64,000 nt of DNA from Marsupella aquatica (Eukaryota > Plantae > Marchantiophyta), in contig OZ316900.1 in NCBI GenBank assembly GCA_973895155.1, positions 1 through 64,000 on the forward strand, given 5' to 3'. Both the position numbers and the translations under genes were made by a program. Below the pieces are notes generated by a model. That model saw only the letters and a program-made list of their open reading frames with translations, searched no databases and had not been told where the DNA came from. Below are positions 11,775-23,196 of this stretch, one piece after another (position 1 is the stretch's first letter; each line of letters begins with the position of its first letter).

Positions 11775-13144
11775 TAAAGAGTGATCGTTACAGCGAAGTA
11801 GTAGAAAAAACCCACTGGCTGGAGCAATTTAATAGTAACATATGGTGCTTACACAGGTTGACATCCAATCCAACCTAAAGGCGAGCGATCTGCTACAAGC
11901 AACCGAAACAATTTTTGGTGAATTGGTAGAAAAAATCGAACTACGTACATATGAAGTGTTAGTGAAAGGTAGAGCCAATAATGACACAAAAACTAGTCCT
12001 ATGGTAGACTCCCCAATTCGTTAGGTATACTTCGAGGAATTGCATAGACTGGTAAGAAATACCATTCCAGCACCATATGAGCCGGGGTTGACATGGGATT
12101 TGCGGGATAGGGTCAAGAGTCCACCCTATACGGCCCCAGGTTTACCCCCGTTAACCGATCCGGGCTACTTAAGTGCTCTCCGAACCGTACAAGATAGTCG
12201 CCCATCACACGGCTCTCTAACATGACTTTATTCCTCCTTCGGAGCTTGTTCAAATCCGGAAGGGCACACCCCACGGTCCTTTGAAGATGGCCTGATAAAC
12301 TCGTCAAAGTCAAAAACTTGACAAACGGGAACCATTTAGTAAGTACATAGGCTACTTCGCCACTGTTTGTTATCAAGCGCTTTTTTATTGCTAGGGACCT
12401 TTCGCTTAGGTGGGTAGGGATAAAAGCAACCCCTAGGACCTCACCGTTGTTTCCTACACGGCGGCTCGTCCCTTACCTTTTCCATAAAAAAAAATAGGGA
12501 TAAAAACTATTTCATCTACATAGGAATTTATACTCAATGGATTTGGATTATTGTAACCATATCGATAATGCAGCCGGATGCAGGATACTAGCACCTACTA
12601 TTATAAAAGGAAGTAACTAATGAGGGCTAAAAAAACGATTTAAGGTCACATTGTCTAGCCGCCCCGAAGCCAAGTTACTATAGTGTCTCCTACGATAGGT
12701 ATTGCGCCAGCTGTGGCTCCATGAAGAGGACCCCGAGATAATACGTATCCTATAGAAGCTGTTACCATACTTGAGAATAGCGTGACGACCCCAAGACACC
12801 AAACTAATTTGCTAGGACTCACATAACTGTCGTAATATGAACCACGAAAAAAATGGAGATAAACGACGATAAAAAACATACTGGATCAGCATGCATATAA
12901 CGAAGCAACCAGCCTCCTTTCACATCTCTCACGATGTGTTCTACGCCTGAGAAAGCTACATCCACATGAAGTTATAATGTATAGCTAAGGAAACCCCTGT
13001 AAGTATTTAGATAACCGAACAAAGACCAGCCAACGAACCAGAACCTCACCAATAACTTATATCGCTAGGAGTTGGATGATCCATCAAGTGATTGTTAAGT
13101 GTAGGAGATATAGGTTGTTTAGGAATCGATAGTCGTCTCGCCAT
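11775..13144 (-). pseudogene. cob: Near full-length cob pseudogene with stops, frameshifts and an internal intron remnant
   Basis: ATG GCG AGA CGA CTA TCG (MARRLSI..KQP) at 13144; [14 protein letters not shown]; [13 protein letters not shown]; VTWLRGG..DNVTLNRFFS; [20 protein letters not shown]; GWIGCQP. Confidence 0.92.
12107..12470 (-). mobile_element. 3' half of a group II intron in the cob pseudogene (position matches cobi783g2)
   Basis: Domain V GAGCCGTGTGATGGGCGACTATCTTGTACGGTTC at 12182..12215; ends ACCCTAT, followed by CCC GCA AAT CCC ATG (PANPM). Confidence 0.85.
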
Positions 13145-13668
13145 AACTTTCGTGCCTTTTTTTTGCGTATCATGGAAACTTTGTGTTCTTCATGATTGAC
13201 GTCACGCATAATGGGCAGGATTGACCCATCAATACAAGGCCCCGCCGGGTTGAGAAAAATAAATATAGATTTTTTCTTCGTTCTATAACGCCACCTCAAG
13301 CCGCCCGCATTGACGGAGTCCATAGAGCGAATAAAAAGAATTCTTTGGCGATGTTTCGAAGCATTTTGACCTTGAGCTGCTATGGCCTGCTGGGCTTAGC
13401 TCTATCCCCGTAGGGGCAGGGGAAAGAGGCGGCTAAAAATATATATTTTTTTTGCTTGTCGTTTCATTGTCTGAAGTTTATGATTTCCACATGCTGAGTA
13501 ATACTCGTGTAGTTTTGTTTTGCGCACCCTCGCGGGTAGCGCATGAGTACCCAACCCCTAAGAATTAGGGGCGAGAGGGACCATTGGTGTGCATTGCTTT
13601 GCGTCAGCAACAGCAAACCCGGTTCTTTTATTACGGTCGATTATGACGCGCGAAGGAAGTGAGGCCCT

Positions 13669-14427
13669 TTAATGAAGGTTTATAGCATCATTTAGGTAAA
13701 TACATAGCAAAATTGTGAAAACATAAGCCTGTAGGATGGCAACACCCAATTCTAAACCAGTTAATGCGAATACTATGAAGAAGGGAGCAAGCTGCGCCAG
13801 ATACAGAATACCCCCCATGGATAGCATAGTCCAAGCGAACCCACTTAAAATCTTGACTAAACTATGACCGGCCATCATATTGGCAAATAAACGTATTCCT
13901 AAGCTTAATGCGCGAAAACAATAAGAAATTAGCTCAAGAAGTACTAAGAAGGGTGCTAACGGCAGGGGTACTCCTTGCGGTAATGAGATACTAAAAAAAT
14001 GGAGCCCATGTGTTTGAAATCCAACTATAGTTATTCCAATAAAAAGAGAGAATGAGAGACCTAGGGTAATTATAAAATGACTCATTACTGTAAAACTATA
14101 TGGTATCATACCGATAAGATTGCAGAATAATAAAAAGGTAAAGGTGACATAGATTAGGGGGAAAAACCGTTGTTTCACCGAAGAAGCACCACTTATTTGT
14201 TCGTTCACCAAGTTAAGCACAAAATCATAAATCATTTCCACACAGGATTGCCAAGCATTTGGTACTAAGTGTCCTCCATTCAGGGTGACAAAATGAACCA
14301 GAAGCAATACTAAACCGATAGTTAGTAGCATGAACAAAGAGGAGTTGGTAAATGGTAAATGCAAATTTCCTATATGAATAGGAATCAATTGAATAATTGC
14401 AAATTGTTCTAGCGGGCTGCACGCCAT
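13669..14427 (-). CDS. atp6: ATP synthase subunit a (252 aa)
   Basis: MACSPLEQF…LELISYCFRALSLGIRLFANMMAGHSLVKIL…LNDAINLH. Confidence 0.97.
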   Translation of the reverse strand: MACSPLEQFAIIQLIPIHIGNLHLPFTNSSLFMLLTIGLVLLLVHFVTLNGGHLVPNAWQSCVEMIYDFVLNLVNEQISGASSVKQRFFPLIYVTFTFLLFCNLIGMIPYSFTVMSHFIITLGLSFSLFIGITIVGFQTHGLHFFSISLPQGVPLPLAPFLVLLELISYCFRALSLGIRLFANMMAGHSLVKILSGFAWTMLSMGGILYLAQLAPFFIVFALTGLELGVAILQAYVFTILLCIYLNDAINLH

Positions 14428-14569
14428 AATTGATTCTATTTTTTTTAGAAAAGGAGGCCGCTGATAGCGACCCACCATAATAAGAGATAAACAATTGAGT
14501 TTGGGCAAGAAGGCGTATTATTTTCTTGGATAACCGGTAGGAAATGCCATTACCCGGCCTAAGCATTAC

Positions 14570-15540
14570 TGGGCAGGAATCAGAAAAGGTTCTGTGATAA
14601 GCCGCCGACTCGGTCTACTATATGGGAAGTCCCGACCGACGCATAACACACAGAATTTAGCTACTCCCCATAGCTTTTGATGAATGAGGTGTATACCACG
14701 GTTTGAACCGGAAAGAAAGTTTCTCATTATGAATTTCTTACAATGTCGAATCCGGAAAATAACCAAACTGGGGTAATAAACACCTAAAAATTCGAACCGG
14801 CCCCCACGAACGAAAATGTAAATATTACGTAAGAATGAATCCTTATCTACATATTTTCTGGAGACAGAAAGGGATACGTATAAAAATTCCAACAATTTGA
14901 TACCAATTAACCTTTCTAACAGTAAAACAAATAGGATTTCATGGGGCAAATAAGTTTGCGTAAATTATAGAGCCATTTCCGATCCGTAAGGCCAAAGAAG
15001 CACGTAGTGCCCGCAAAGGAGTGTTTTTCGGACCCAATGGGTCCGAAAAACACTCCTGCGGAAGAAGGGGCTGAGGGTTCGGCATGAAGACCCGATAGGG
15101 GAGAGTCCGATGCCCGTTGGTTGCGCGTCTTAGACCCGGGTAAAATTTTTTTATTCATCCCCGGGCGGGGAGGGATGAAATTAATTGAAAAAGGTAATCC
15201 ATCCGAGTAATCTCTATATGAGATAAGTTAATTATCTCGTACCAACCATATGAATATTCTAATAACCAATAGTCTAGTAGTTTATCCCTTTTTTGTATCA
15301 TATCATCCAGTACTGGAAGCTTTACAATCGCTGCGGGCTCCCCTATCAGATTGACAGAATATGGCGAAACAATCAAAGTGAGATAAAATTCGGCGCATAG
15401 TCAGATATTTCATTGCCAAGTCGGAATTGGGAACGAAGTTTGGGATGGTGTATCCGCCTAGGTATAGCAATCACTAAATCGAAATGACAAAATGTTTTCA
15501 GTTGCTCGCGGGTGAGCTTTTCTATAACCGATAAAGTAGA
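14570..15540 (-). pseudogene. Decayed group II-type reverse transcriptase/maturase
   Basis: Motif-like segments in the expected order across frameshifted ORFs: [23 protein letters not shown] (cf. [24 protein letters not shown] of the atp9 maturase), LEYSYGW (cf. F..SSHGFRP), FEFLGVYY (RT7 FLG). Confidence 0.6.
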
Positions 15541-15544
15541 TAGT

Positions 15545-16237
15545 TTACCACCATCTATAGTGGGAGAAACTACGATTGGCTTCAGCAAGTTTATGAAGAT
15601 CATCCCTTTTTTTACGGGCAATCCCCATCTTTTGGGAAGCCTCCAGTATCTCAGCGTATAAACATTGATCCAAGCTTATGCTCTTCCTGCCCATACGTCG
15701 TTTGGCTGCTGATTCAGGCATCCAACGAATAGCTAAGGTTTCTTGACGAGTTGTTGCTGTAATAGACGGTACTAATCGAGTAATGCCTGAGATTCTTACT
15801 TTTTTCACTCCACAAATAGGCTTGACATTTTCTATGGCGTTAACCAAAAGTTTTATTACATCGCCATGAGGAGCTAGACGATGAAACGTTTTATAAACAA
15901 TAGCACGAGATCTCGTTTTTTTCCCATCAATCATGCAAATGTGAACCAATTTTTTTATCAATTGTTTTTGTTTACCATTTAAGCCCCGGATATAGCCCAA
16001 ATTGTCTGAGCAATTGTATGTGCTTGCCCCACGGCCCCTAGGTCTTGATGGCAAAAGCCCTCCCAGGGCGTAGCATAAATATCTACGGTGGGATAAGCAA
16101 AGCGCATAAACGCTTTCTGTTTCGCGACAAAATCTATTCCTTTTCGTTCCCACCCTCTCTGAAAGTCCTGATGAGTGAAACCAATCAAGAGATGAACTAA
16201 AAACACAGTTGAAATTCGATTTTTCGAATAAATTCAT
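15545..16237 (-). CDS. rps7: Ribosomal protein S7 (230 aa)
   Basis: [17 protein letters not shown]…[18 protein letters not shown]…[13 protein letters not shown]; overlaps the rps12 stop (ATGA). Confidence 0.96.
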   Translation of the reverse strand: MNLFEKSNFNCVFSSSLDWFHSSGLSERVGTKRNRFCRETESVYALCLSHRRYLCYALGGLLPSRPRGRGASTYNCSDNLGYIRGLNGKQKQLIKKLVHICMIDGKKTRSRAIVYKTFHRLAPHGDVIKLLVNAIENVKPICGVKKVRISGITRLVPSITATTRQETLAIRWMPESAAKRRMGRKSISLDQCLYAEILEASQKMGIARKKRDDLHKLAEANRSFSHYRWW

Positions 16238-16614
16238 ATATAATCTTTGGGTTTTTTCGTACCATATTTAGATCTGCCTCGACGTCGACCCGGTATTCCT
16301 TGAAGATCTTTAACTCCTCGAATACAATGGTATTTTACGCCTGGCAAATCTTGCACTCTACCTCCTCGAACCATAACCACGGAATGCTCCTGCAAATTAT
16401 GCCCTTCGCCGGGGATGTAAGCAATTGTTTCATTTCGATTGGTTAAACGTACCTTAGCTATCTTGCGTAAAGCTGAATTAGGTTTTTTCGGCGATCTTGT
16501 CGAAACACGCAGGCAAACCCCCTGCTTTTGAGGACATTTATTTAAAGCTCGAGTACGCTTTGTCCGTCGTTTCGACTCCCTGCCTTTACGAACAAGCTGA
16601 TTCATTGTTGGCAT
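16234..16614 (-). CDS. rps12: Ribosomal protein S12 (126 aa)
   Basis: [12 protein letters not shown]…[18 protein letters not shown]…[18 protein letters not shown]. Confidence 0.98.
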   Translation of the reverse strand: MPTMNQLVRKGRESKRRTKRTRALNKCPQKQGVCLRVSTRSPKKPNSALRKIAKVRLTNRNETIAYIPGEGHNLQEHSVVMVRGGRVQDLPGVKYHCIRGVKDLQGIPGRRRGRSKYGTKKPKDYI

Positions 16615-16865
16615 ATTTCGCTTATTTCGTTTTTTTCCATTAATTTAAAAATTCTTCGTACCCAAAATTCGGCTCAAAATCGTTTGATTAATCCCCAACC
16701 GATAAATATGAATTTCTAGATATTTTCAAGCCCTTTGGCCCCGTACTCTCCTTCCTTTGTTTTGTCGTGGAGACTTTAAAAATTTATCATTTCGTTTATG
16801 CTACTCGCGCCACCTTCGGCCCTCTCGCATATCGCTCAGCCGAAGTCTGGTACGATTCATCCGTA

Positions 16866-17720
16866 ATAGGTAGAACTCATTTTACGTCACCCGAACCGTA
16901 CATACTAGTTTCGCATCCTCAAAACGTTACGGAACAGGTATTTGGGTGGCCTGCGTAGGCCTACAATTACTAGTCTTCGGGCGTCGGCCTCCCCCTGGAG
17001 GGGGGGGGGGGTAAGAGTCCGCGGGGCCTCGAAGTAAACTTCTTCTTTGCTAGCATCAGTTTCATTATGCTAGGAAAGTGGACTAGAAAAATAAATATGT
17101 TACTGCTGCTCGACCGAAGGGACGCCGTAGGTGTCCGATGGTCCGACTTCAAATTTGCCTTTGTTGTTTCGAAGTCCTGTTAACCACCAGCCGGCTCGCC
17201 ACTTTTCTTTCAAGTCGCGCTGAGGCGGTCTTTTGAACATACGACGCCGATAGGTGAGTGAAAAAGTATCTCCTCCATCGCCGCTCGAAGGTTGGAAGCA
17301 TTTCGCACTGAAGGATAGGAGGTTAGCGGCGTAACAGATCGTCTCGACTCCTCCCAAGTCCCGCGCGAAGAAGAGGATTGGCTAAGTCTGGACGTACTTC
17401 TTCGTGGATGATGCTCGTCCACGAACACGGATCTCTCCAACCCCCGACGTCAGACAAGCTTTTTCTCCTGTTTTAGCAGCTAGCTGCATATCGTGCGGAA
17501 TGAATGGCACATTACATTGATGGCGAATTCGGAAGGGATGATACTCTTCTTGGTAGCCGGGCTAGCATATTCTTCGGGCCAGCCAATGTGGTAACCAACC
17601 GGAGTGGTTCTGTAGGGTACGATGCTAGTACAAGGTAACGGGGACCACCCACCGGAGAGGTCGGCGGCCATGAACCTCTCGCTTCTCTGCACGGGATAGC
17701 GTTATTAGTATGTATCGCAC
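16866..17720 (-). mobile_element. Orphan, degenerate group II intron with no recognisable host exons
   Basis: 5' GTGCGA at 17720; domain V-like GAGGATGCGAAACTAGTATGTACGGTTCGG near 16890..16920; 3' end TCTACCTAT at 16866. Confidence 0.55.
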
Positions 17721-18889
17721 ATCGAAAGATGAAGAAGATTAAATGGATGGACATATTTTTTATTTATTTTTATGTCGAAAAGAACGAGTAAATTTACTGA
17801 TTTGCCAAGGGAGCGCAATGGTGGGTACCCAAGTAGTAACGTAGTCGAGGAGGTATGAAATCAAAAACTCATTTGTTTGATTTGATTATAAGTTTTTCTT
17901 ACAAAGCGCAACGATTCGCTCAGCATCATGCCTTCACCGGTAGTCTTAGCGAGGGAGACGACTTCTTCTCGGCTTTACCAAAGAAGGGCGGCCACCGTTC
18001 CCCATGTCGGCGTAGCTCTCTTACAAGAGTTTTTTGGGTATTCTAAAGTTTAGGCATCCCCTGTATTTTCGTGCTGTCTTAACGAATCAGATAGATTTAA
18101 ATCTCGTTTTTGTTGCTTAAAACCCAACTCTGTTTGCTTAATACGTTCGTTTGCACGTATCCCCTTCATACGTTTTTTCGATCGTTGCGGGGACAACTCG
18201 ATCTCGTCTTCTTTAATGCGTAAAATATGTACCTTTAGTCTACGAAGCGACCCCTTCCCGCAGGGCAGATGGTTAACCTGCGATAGGTTTCCAATTTTCA
18301 CTTGCAGTGCGCAGCGCCTGCCGGCCGGCGACACCCCTAATTCGAATATGGTTCATGGGCGGCACCACCGACACGTTCCCAGGGCGCACTAGTAAACTAT
18401 TTGGAACTTTCCGTTGGGTGCGCGGATTCCGTTCTAATGTAGTGCAAGTGGAGCCAAAGCCTCATACGAAGAAGATAGGGTAAAGTTGCAGCAGTTACGA
18501 TAATGGTTAGGAAGAAACGAAAACGTAATCATAAATGTCTGATAGACCGCTCAAATGTGCAAATAATGCAATTACAAGTAATAAAAGTGGTTGAGACTGA
18601 CAATAATAAATTTCGAAATTGAGACATTGAAAAAGACACTTTTGAAACCAATAAGATTCGTGAAAGCTCTTTCCGATAAAAATGCCAAAAAACCATGCGA
18701 GTAAAAAAAGAACGAATTCGAAACAAATATCTTCAAACTTGATTCAATATTAAAAAAGTGAATAATTTTGTACCGAACGGAAGCCGGGATAATTAAAAAC
18801 ATTGAAGTTTATTCTTTTTTTTTGTCGAAACCGCCATAAAGCCTTTTTCCCCTCGCTCCCGGAGCAACCTCAGTGGAGGTAAGTAAGAT

Positions 18890-18962
18890 TATCCCTTACG
18901 GGATTTGAACCCGTGTTTTCGACATGAAAAGCCGATGTCCTATACCCCTAGACGAAAGGGAC
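18890..18962 (-). tRNA. trnE: tRNA-Glu(UUC)
   Basis: GTCCCTTTCGTCTAGGGGTATAGGACATCGGCTTTTCATGTCGAAAACACGGGTTCAAATCCCGTAAGGGATA. Confidence 0.95.
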
Positions 18963-20706
18963 GAAATCGCTTCAAAAGTGCCTAACGGTGCCCCTACTAT
19001 TTCGTTCCGGAGTGAAAGTATAAAAACGAAAATATTTTGGGTTTTCTATCGGTGGTCCGTATTCACCGGAAGGCTTATTATTCGCTAGTTATTATTCGCT
19101 AGGCGGCGAAGCCCGAAGCATTACGGGGGCCCGTAGACCGAATGGCTCTGCGGCGGGTCAGCCGCTTCATCGATCGATGGAAATATATATCGAAGTCATA
19201 AAGGACTTCTTATAGCATCTTTTTACTACCACTCAGCAGTATACCATATCCGTTTGAGGCCGCGAGCCAAGCGTTGTATTGCGCTGGAAGTGGTTGGAAA
19301 GGTTCTCAAGTAGAATTAAATTGCCCGTTGTATATTTCGAGGTCCGAGGGTCGAGACCTGCGGTAGTTTTGCGTACTCGAGATGACGAATTACAGGTTCA
19401 AGATCCCCGTACGCAACGACTTATAGGAGAATAGCGCCCCCTCGTTCAACAGTGACGCTGGATTCGAAAACGAAAAGGGGGGTATAGCCAAACCTTTACG
19501 GGTTCCAATACTGTAAGAGATGTATCCATCCCCTTCGTACCGCCGGATGAATAAATAGTCTACGTAACGCTTCAATGTTCGATTCTCTATCAAAATCCGA
19601 GTTTCTCTATGATGTTGGTCACGAAGGGAGTGCGCACGACGAATAGGATCTTGAGCAGCACTTGGGGCCGTCGCAAACGAATGACTATTTTCCTATCGAG
19701 ATAACTCCAAATTACTTGCTTCGGATTCTTCGTCCTTATTAGATGTATGGAGACTAAATTTCAGATCGATGATGCTATGTCAACCTTACGGCGTATTATG
19801 TGTATTCCCGACCACAATTGAAGGCCTCATTCAGCAAAGATCCTAGACATTCAACCCATACATTTTGCACGAAGTTCTACTAGAGCAATCAATTATCGCA
19901 CAGGCTATATAACCCCAATCCCGACTCTAGATGCTCTTAGTTTACCGGTGTTGTTTTCGAAAAGAACGGAATATTACGGAAGAGCAACACACGTCATAAG
20001 TTAATGATGCCGTTGTGAAAAAACGGCAACTGGCCGAATTAATAACCAAAAGTCATACGAGCATCTTTTTCGAATAAAATATGTAAGCTACTATACGGTT
20101 TCGAAAAATCTCAATAGGTACTCCTTGGGATTGACGGTTCAGAAAACTACAAGTTTTCTTGTTGCATAATAGTATTCTTATTTATGATTGTAAAGTATTT
20201 TTTTATTTTGCCGAAACCCGTGCACCAGAAAGCCTTTCGGCTCTGTTTTTGGAGCAATCTAACGGTAGGTGCTTCGCCGCCCCTTACGATATTTGAGTGT
20301 CACGTCCAAAAAAATTTTGTTTTCAAAATGGAATGCGCTTCCATCCATATAACGCTTATAGAACCATCCGGGAAATGCTAAGCGAAGAAATATATATCCG
20401 TACGGCCCGGTCTTCAGCCCTATAGCTTATCGGGGAGATAGCCTCTGGCCCTCTCCCGGAAACAAACCGGTTTCCCTTTTTTTGTCGGTCTTTTTCCCTT
20501 CCCCCGTCTGACAGTACCCCGCGCTATGGGCCTTTTCTCTCGGCTTCAGCTCTATTCCCGACACGGGAATGGGGAGAAAATAAAATCCAAGAAACACAAA
20601 ATATGAGAGACGAACAAAGGGAAGAGAAGCTGATCGCGCCTTCTGCTTGCTCCGCCGATGATCACGATCATTTCGTGCCTGTTAGACTAAAGACCCGGTA
20701 CCTACA

Positions 20707-20778
20707 AGCGGAAAAAGGGACTTGAACCCTCAACCTTAGCCTTGGCAAGGCTATACTCTACCATTAAGCTATTTCCGC
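20707..20778 (-). tRNA. trnG: tRNA-Gly(GCC)
   Basis: GCGGAAATAGCTTAATGGTAGAGTATAGCCTTGCCAAGGCTA…GGTTCAAGTCCCTTTTTCCGCT. Confidence 0.95.
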
Positions 20779-21270
20779 CATAAATTGCGATATATATACA
20801 TGACTCGGCACAGGGTATAATGGCTCCTCCGTCCGCCTCACGGCGGACCAGTCAGGCCTTGGATCTCTGCCCCTCCTCCCGAAGCCAGAGACTGGGGTAG
20901 ACCGAGTAATTTAATACTCATATCTAGTCCTATACCGAATTTTGGGGTAAAGCCACCAGGCTCTAGTGGTACCTGCGGCGAGCAGTCCACCACATGTGTA
21001 GTAAGATTACCAAACTGGCGATAGTTCACACCACCCCCAGGGAGGGACTATTTACGATTTGGAACCCCATCTCGGCGCCACGAGTCCATAATAGTCGGAC
21101 AATACAAGAGCACAGTGTGCTTAAGCCATTAGTCGGGGGACGTAGGTATATATATATATTTTTTTTCTCGTAGCCTTTTCCGCGGGGGCGGAGCTAGAGA
21201 ACGTCTGCTTGGAACTAGTTATTCTCTACTTATCTGACGTATTCTCTTAGTCCAATCCGATGGATAGGCC

Positions 21271-21344
21271 CATGCTTGGAAAGATTCGAACTCTCAACCC
21301 CCAAATCCGTAGTTTGGTGCTCTATCCAATTGAGCTACAAGCAC
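21271..21344 (-). tRNA. trnR: tRNA-Arg(ACG)
   Basis: GTGCTTGTAGCTCAATTGGATAGAGCACCAAACTACGGATTTGG…GTTCGAATCTTTCCAAGCATG. Confidence 0.95.
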
Positions 21345-22893
21345 TAGTTGGCTATTCTTAAGCACTACGTGTCGTATACGCTTGATCGCTGCGAAATAAA
21401 TATGAGAAAGAGATATATATATACATATTTATGCTTCATCCTATTAGCTTAAGCCGCGGTATAAAGCATCGTGAATAGCCGCATGACTAGCATATTGCGT
21501 TATTAGGCAGGCGTTCGTGCCACAAAACTGCCCTTTTTTTTCTGCCCCCCCCCCTTCCTCCAGCAGGCCCCAACCCGAACCCTATGGCCCAAAGGGCACT
21601 CGCCCAAGAGGCTTTTACTACTTTTGAGGAATTTAAAGCTATCGAGGTTCGAAGAAGACGCCATTTGTGTAACTTAAGCACTGATCCGCTCTGTCCTAAA
21701 ATGCCTAGTCCTTGGAAGGCGGGGGGCCAGCCCCGAAAGAAAGTTAGGGACTTGACCGAGCCGCCGCCAGGCTCGGGAGTCGAGTAGGCTACGCCTACCC
21801 TGCAATGGATGAAAGAAAAGGGTTCAAGTACCGAGGGAATTTTTTCTTTATGAAGATTATGGGTCCATGAGTTCTATATATGTATCCGAGGTCGCGCTCG
21901 ACCAAAGGTAGAGGATCTATTATTTATGTGTTTCTGCATTCGACGTTTGGTCCAATAATGTTTTTGCTTTTTTTATGTATGCGGCTCTCGGAGTTTAAAT
22001 TCCTTATGTTAAGTGCAATGTGTTTGTTCCTTAATGACCTTCGGGATTGCATGTTTTACCGGCATTCTAGAAATGGCTCGAGCGATAATTTACCGCTACC
22101 CAGCTGGGAAAAAAAAGGGGGGGGAAACGCGCCGTTTTCGGCTATCGGGAGGCACGGCTTAGGTAAAGCTGCGTATTGTGCCGGTCGGACGATCGACGAC
22201 CTAGTTAATGACTGGCGGATGGAAACTTAGGCAAGGAAAATATCTAATCACATGCAAAAGGCCCCAGACTTTCGACGCAAGCAGATCTGAACAAAATTTG
22301 GCAGCAATCCGGAGCATTGGCCCATCCCTTACGAATAAGGTTTTAAGATGTCTTATCGAAAGCTTTCTCGGGAGCGCGTGTCAAGGACGTAAGTACTAGA
22401 AAATAGTCGATAAAGGACGCGTATTCTTTCTCTCCAGAGATTTCGGGCTACTAGATGCTTCTACAAGGCCCACATCTAGAACGTGCTCTCTCTTTGTATA
22501 GCTAATAACTTGCTCTTGTGATTACTGCTGGCTTCGCTGCATTCATCGCCCTGTAACCCCCCAGTACTTCTTTTTGGGCCAACAGCTACAATTTGCCCTG
22601 GTGTCGTTATATATACGACATAGGCTCTTGCGGCGGCCAATACAGAACTATGACATTGCGGTTGTATCTCCACCCTACGGATCCTGGCGGACATCTTGCT
22701 TTCAGTTTCATTAGATCCTTTCTTTCCGGCGGCTAAATCGGGAACAATTGGTAAAAGATAAATGGGAGGCGAACATCAACTTGGCGCGAAAAAAAAACGT
22801 AGACATAATCCGACAAACACTACGTGCCCCCGTCGATATCGTGGTTTCTGAGGCTTGGATCCCAGCCTCTATTTTTCAAATACGAAGTATACT

Positions 22894-22976
22894 TGGGAGA
22901 GGCAGGATTCGAACCTACGTAGAAAACCTTCAGCAGATTTACAGTCTGCCGCTTTTAACCACTCGGCCACTCTCCC
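22894..22976 (-). tRNA. trnY: tRNA-Tyr(GUA)
   Basis: GGGAGAGTGGCCGAGTGGTTAAAAGCGGCAGACTGTAAATCTGC…GGTTCGAATCCTGCCTCTCCCA, with a long variable arm. Confidence 0.96.
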
Positions 22977-23122
22977 CATGATAAGTAAGCTTCTATTTTC
23001 CGGCGGTGCAATGGGACTCTGACGAAAAATAGGTCAATCCACGCGTGTACCGTTGTTCCTATGGACTAATCGAACAAGTAAAAGGATGTACCGTTGATAT
23101 CTATTATTCATTGCACACCTTA

Positions 23123-23196
23123 CGCATCCTACAGGATTTGAACCTGTGACCTTCAACTTAGAAGGTTGTTGCTCTATCCAACTGAGCTAAGAATGC
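23123..23196 (-). tRNA. trnR: tRNA-Arg(UCU)
   Basis: GCATTCTTAGCTCAGTTGGATAGAGCAACAACCTTCTAAGTTGAAGGTCACAGGTTCAAATCCTGTAGGATGCG. Confidence 0.95.

Noticed and set aside
18050-18334. rps1 fragment
   Set aside because: Only a vague S1-like KVHILRI; no match to the liverwort Rps1 sequence I recall.
19390-20100. RT or viral polymerase relic (KRYVDYLFI)
   Set aside because: A single weak motif with no supporting neighbours in order.
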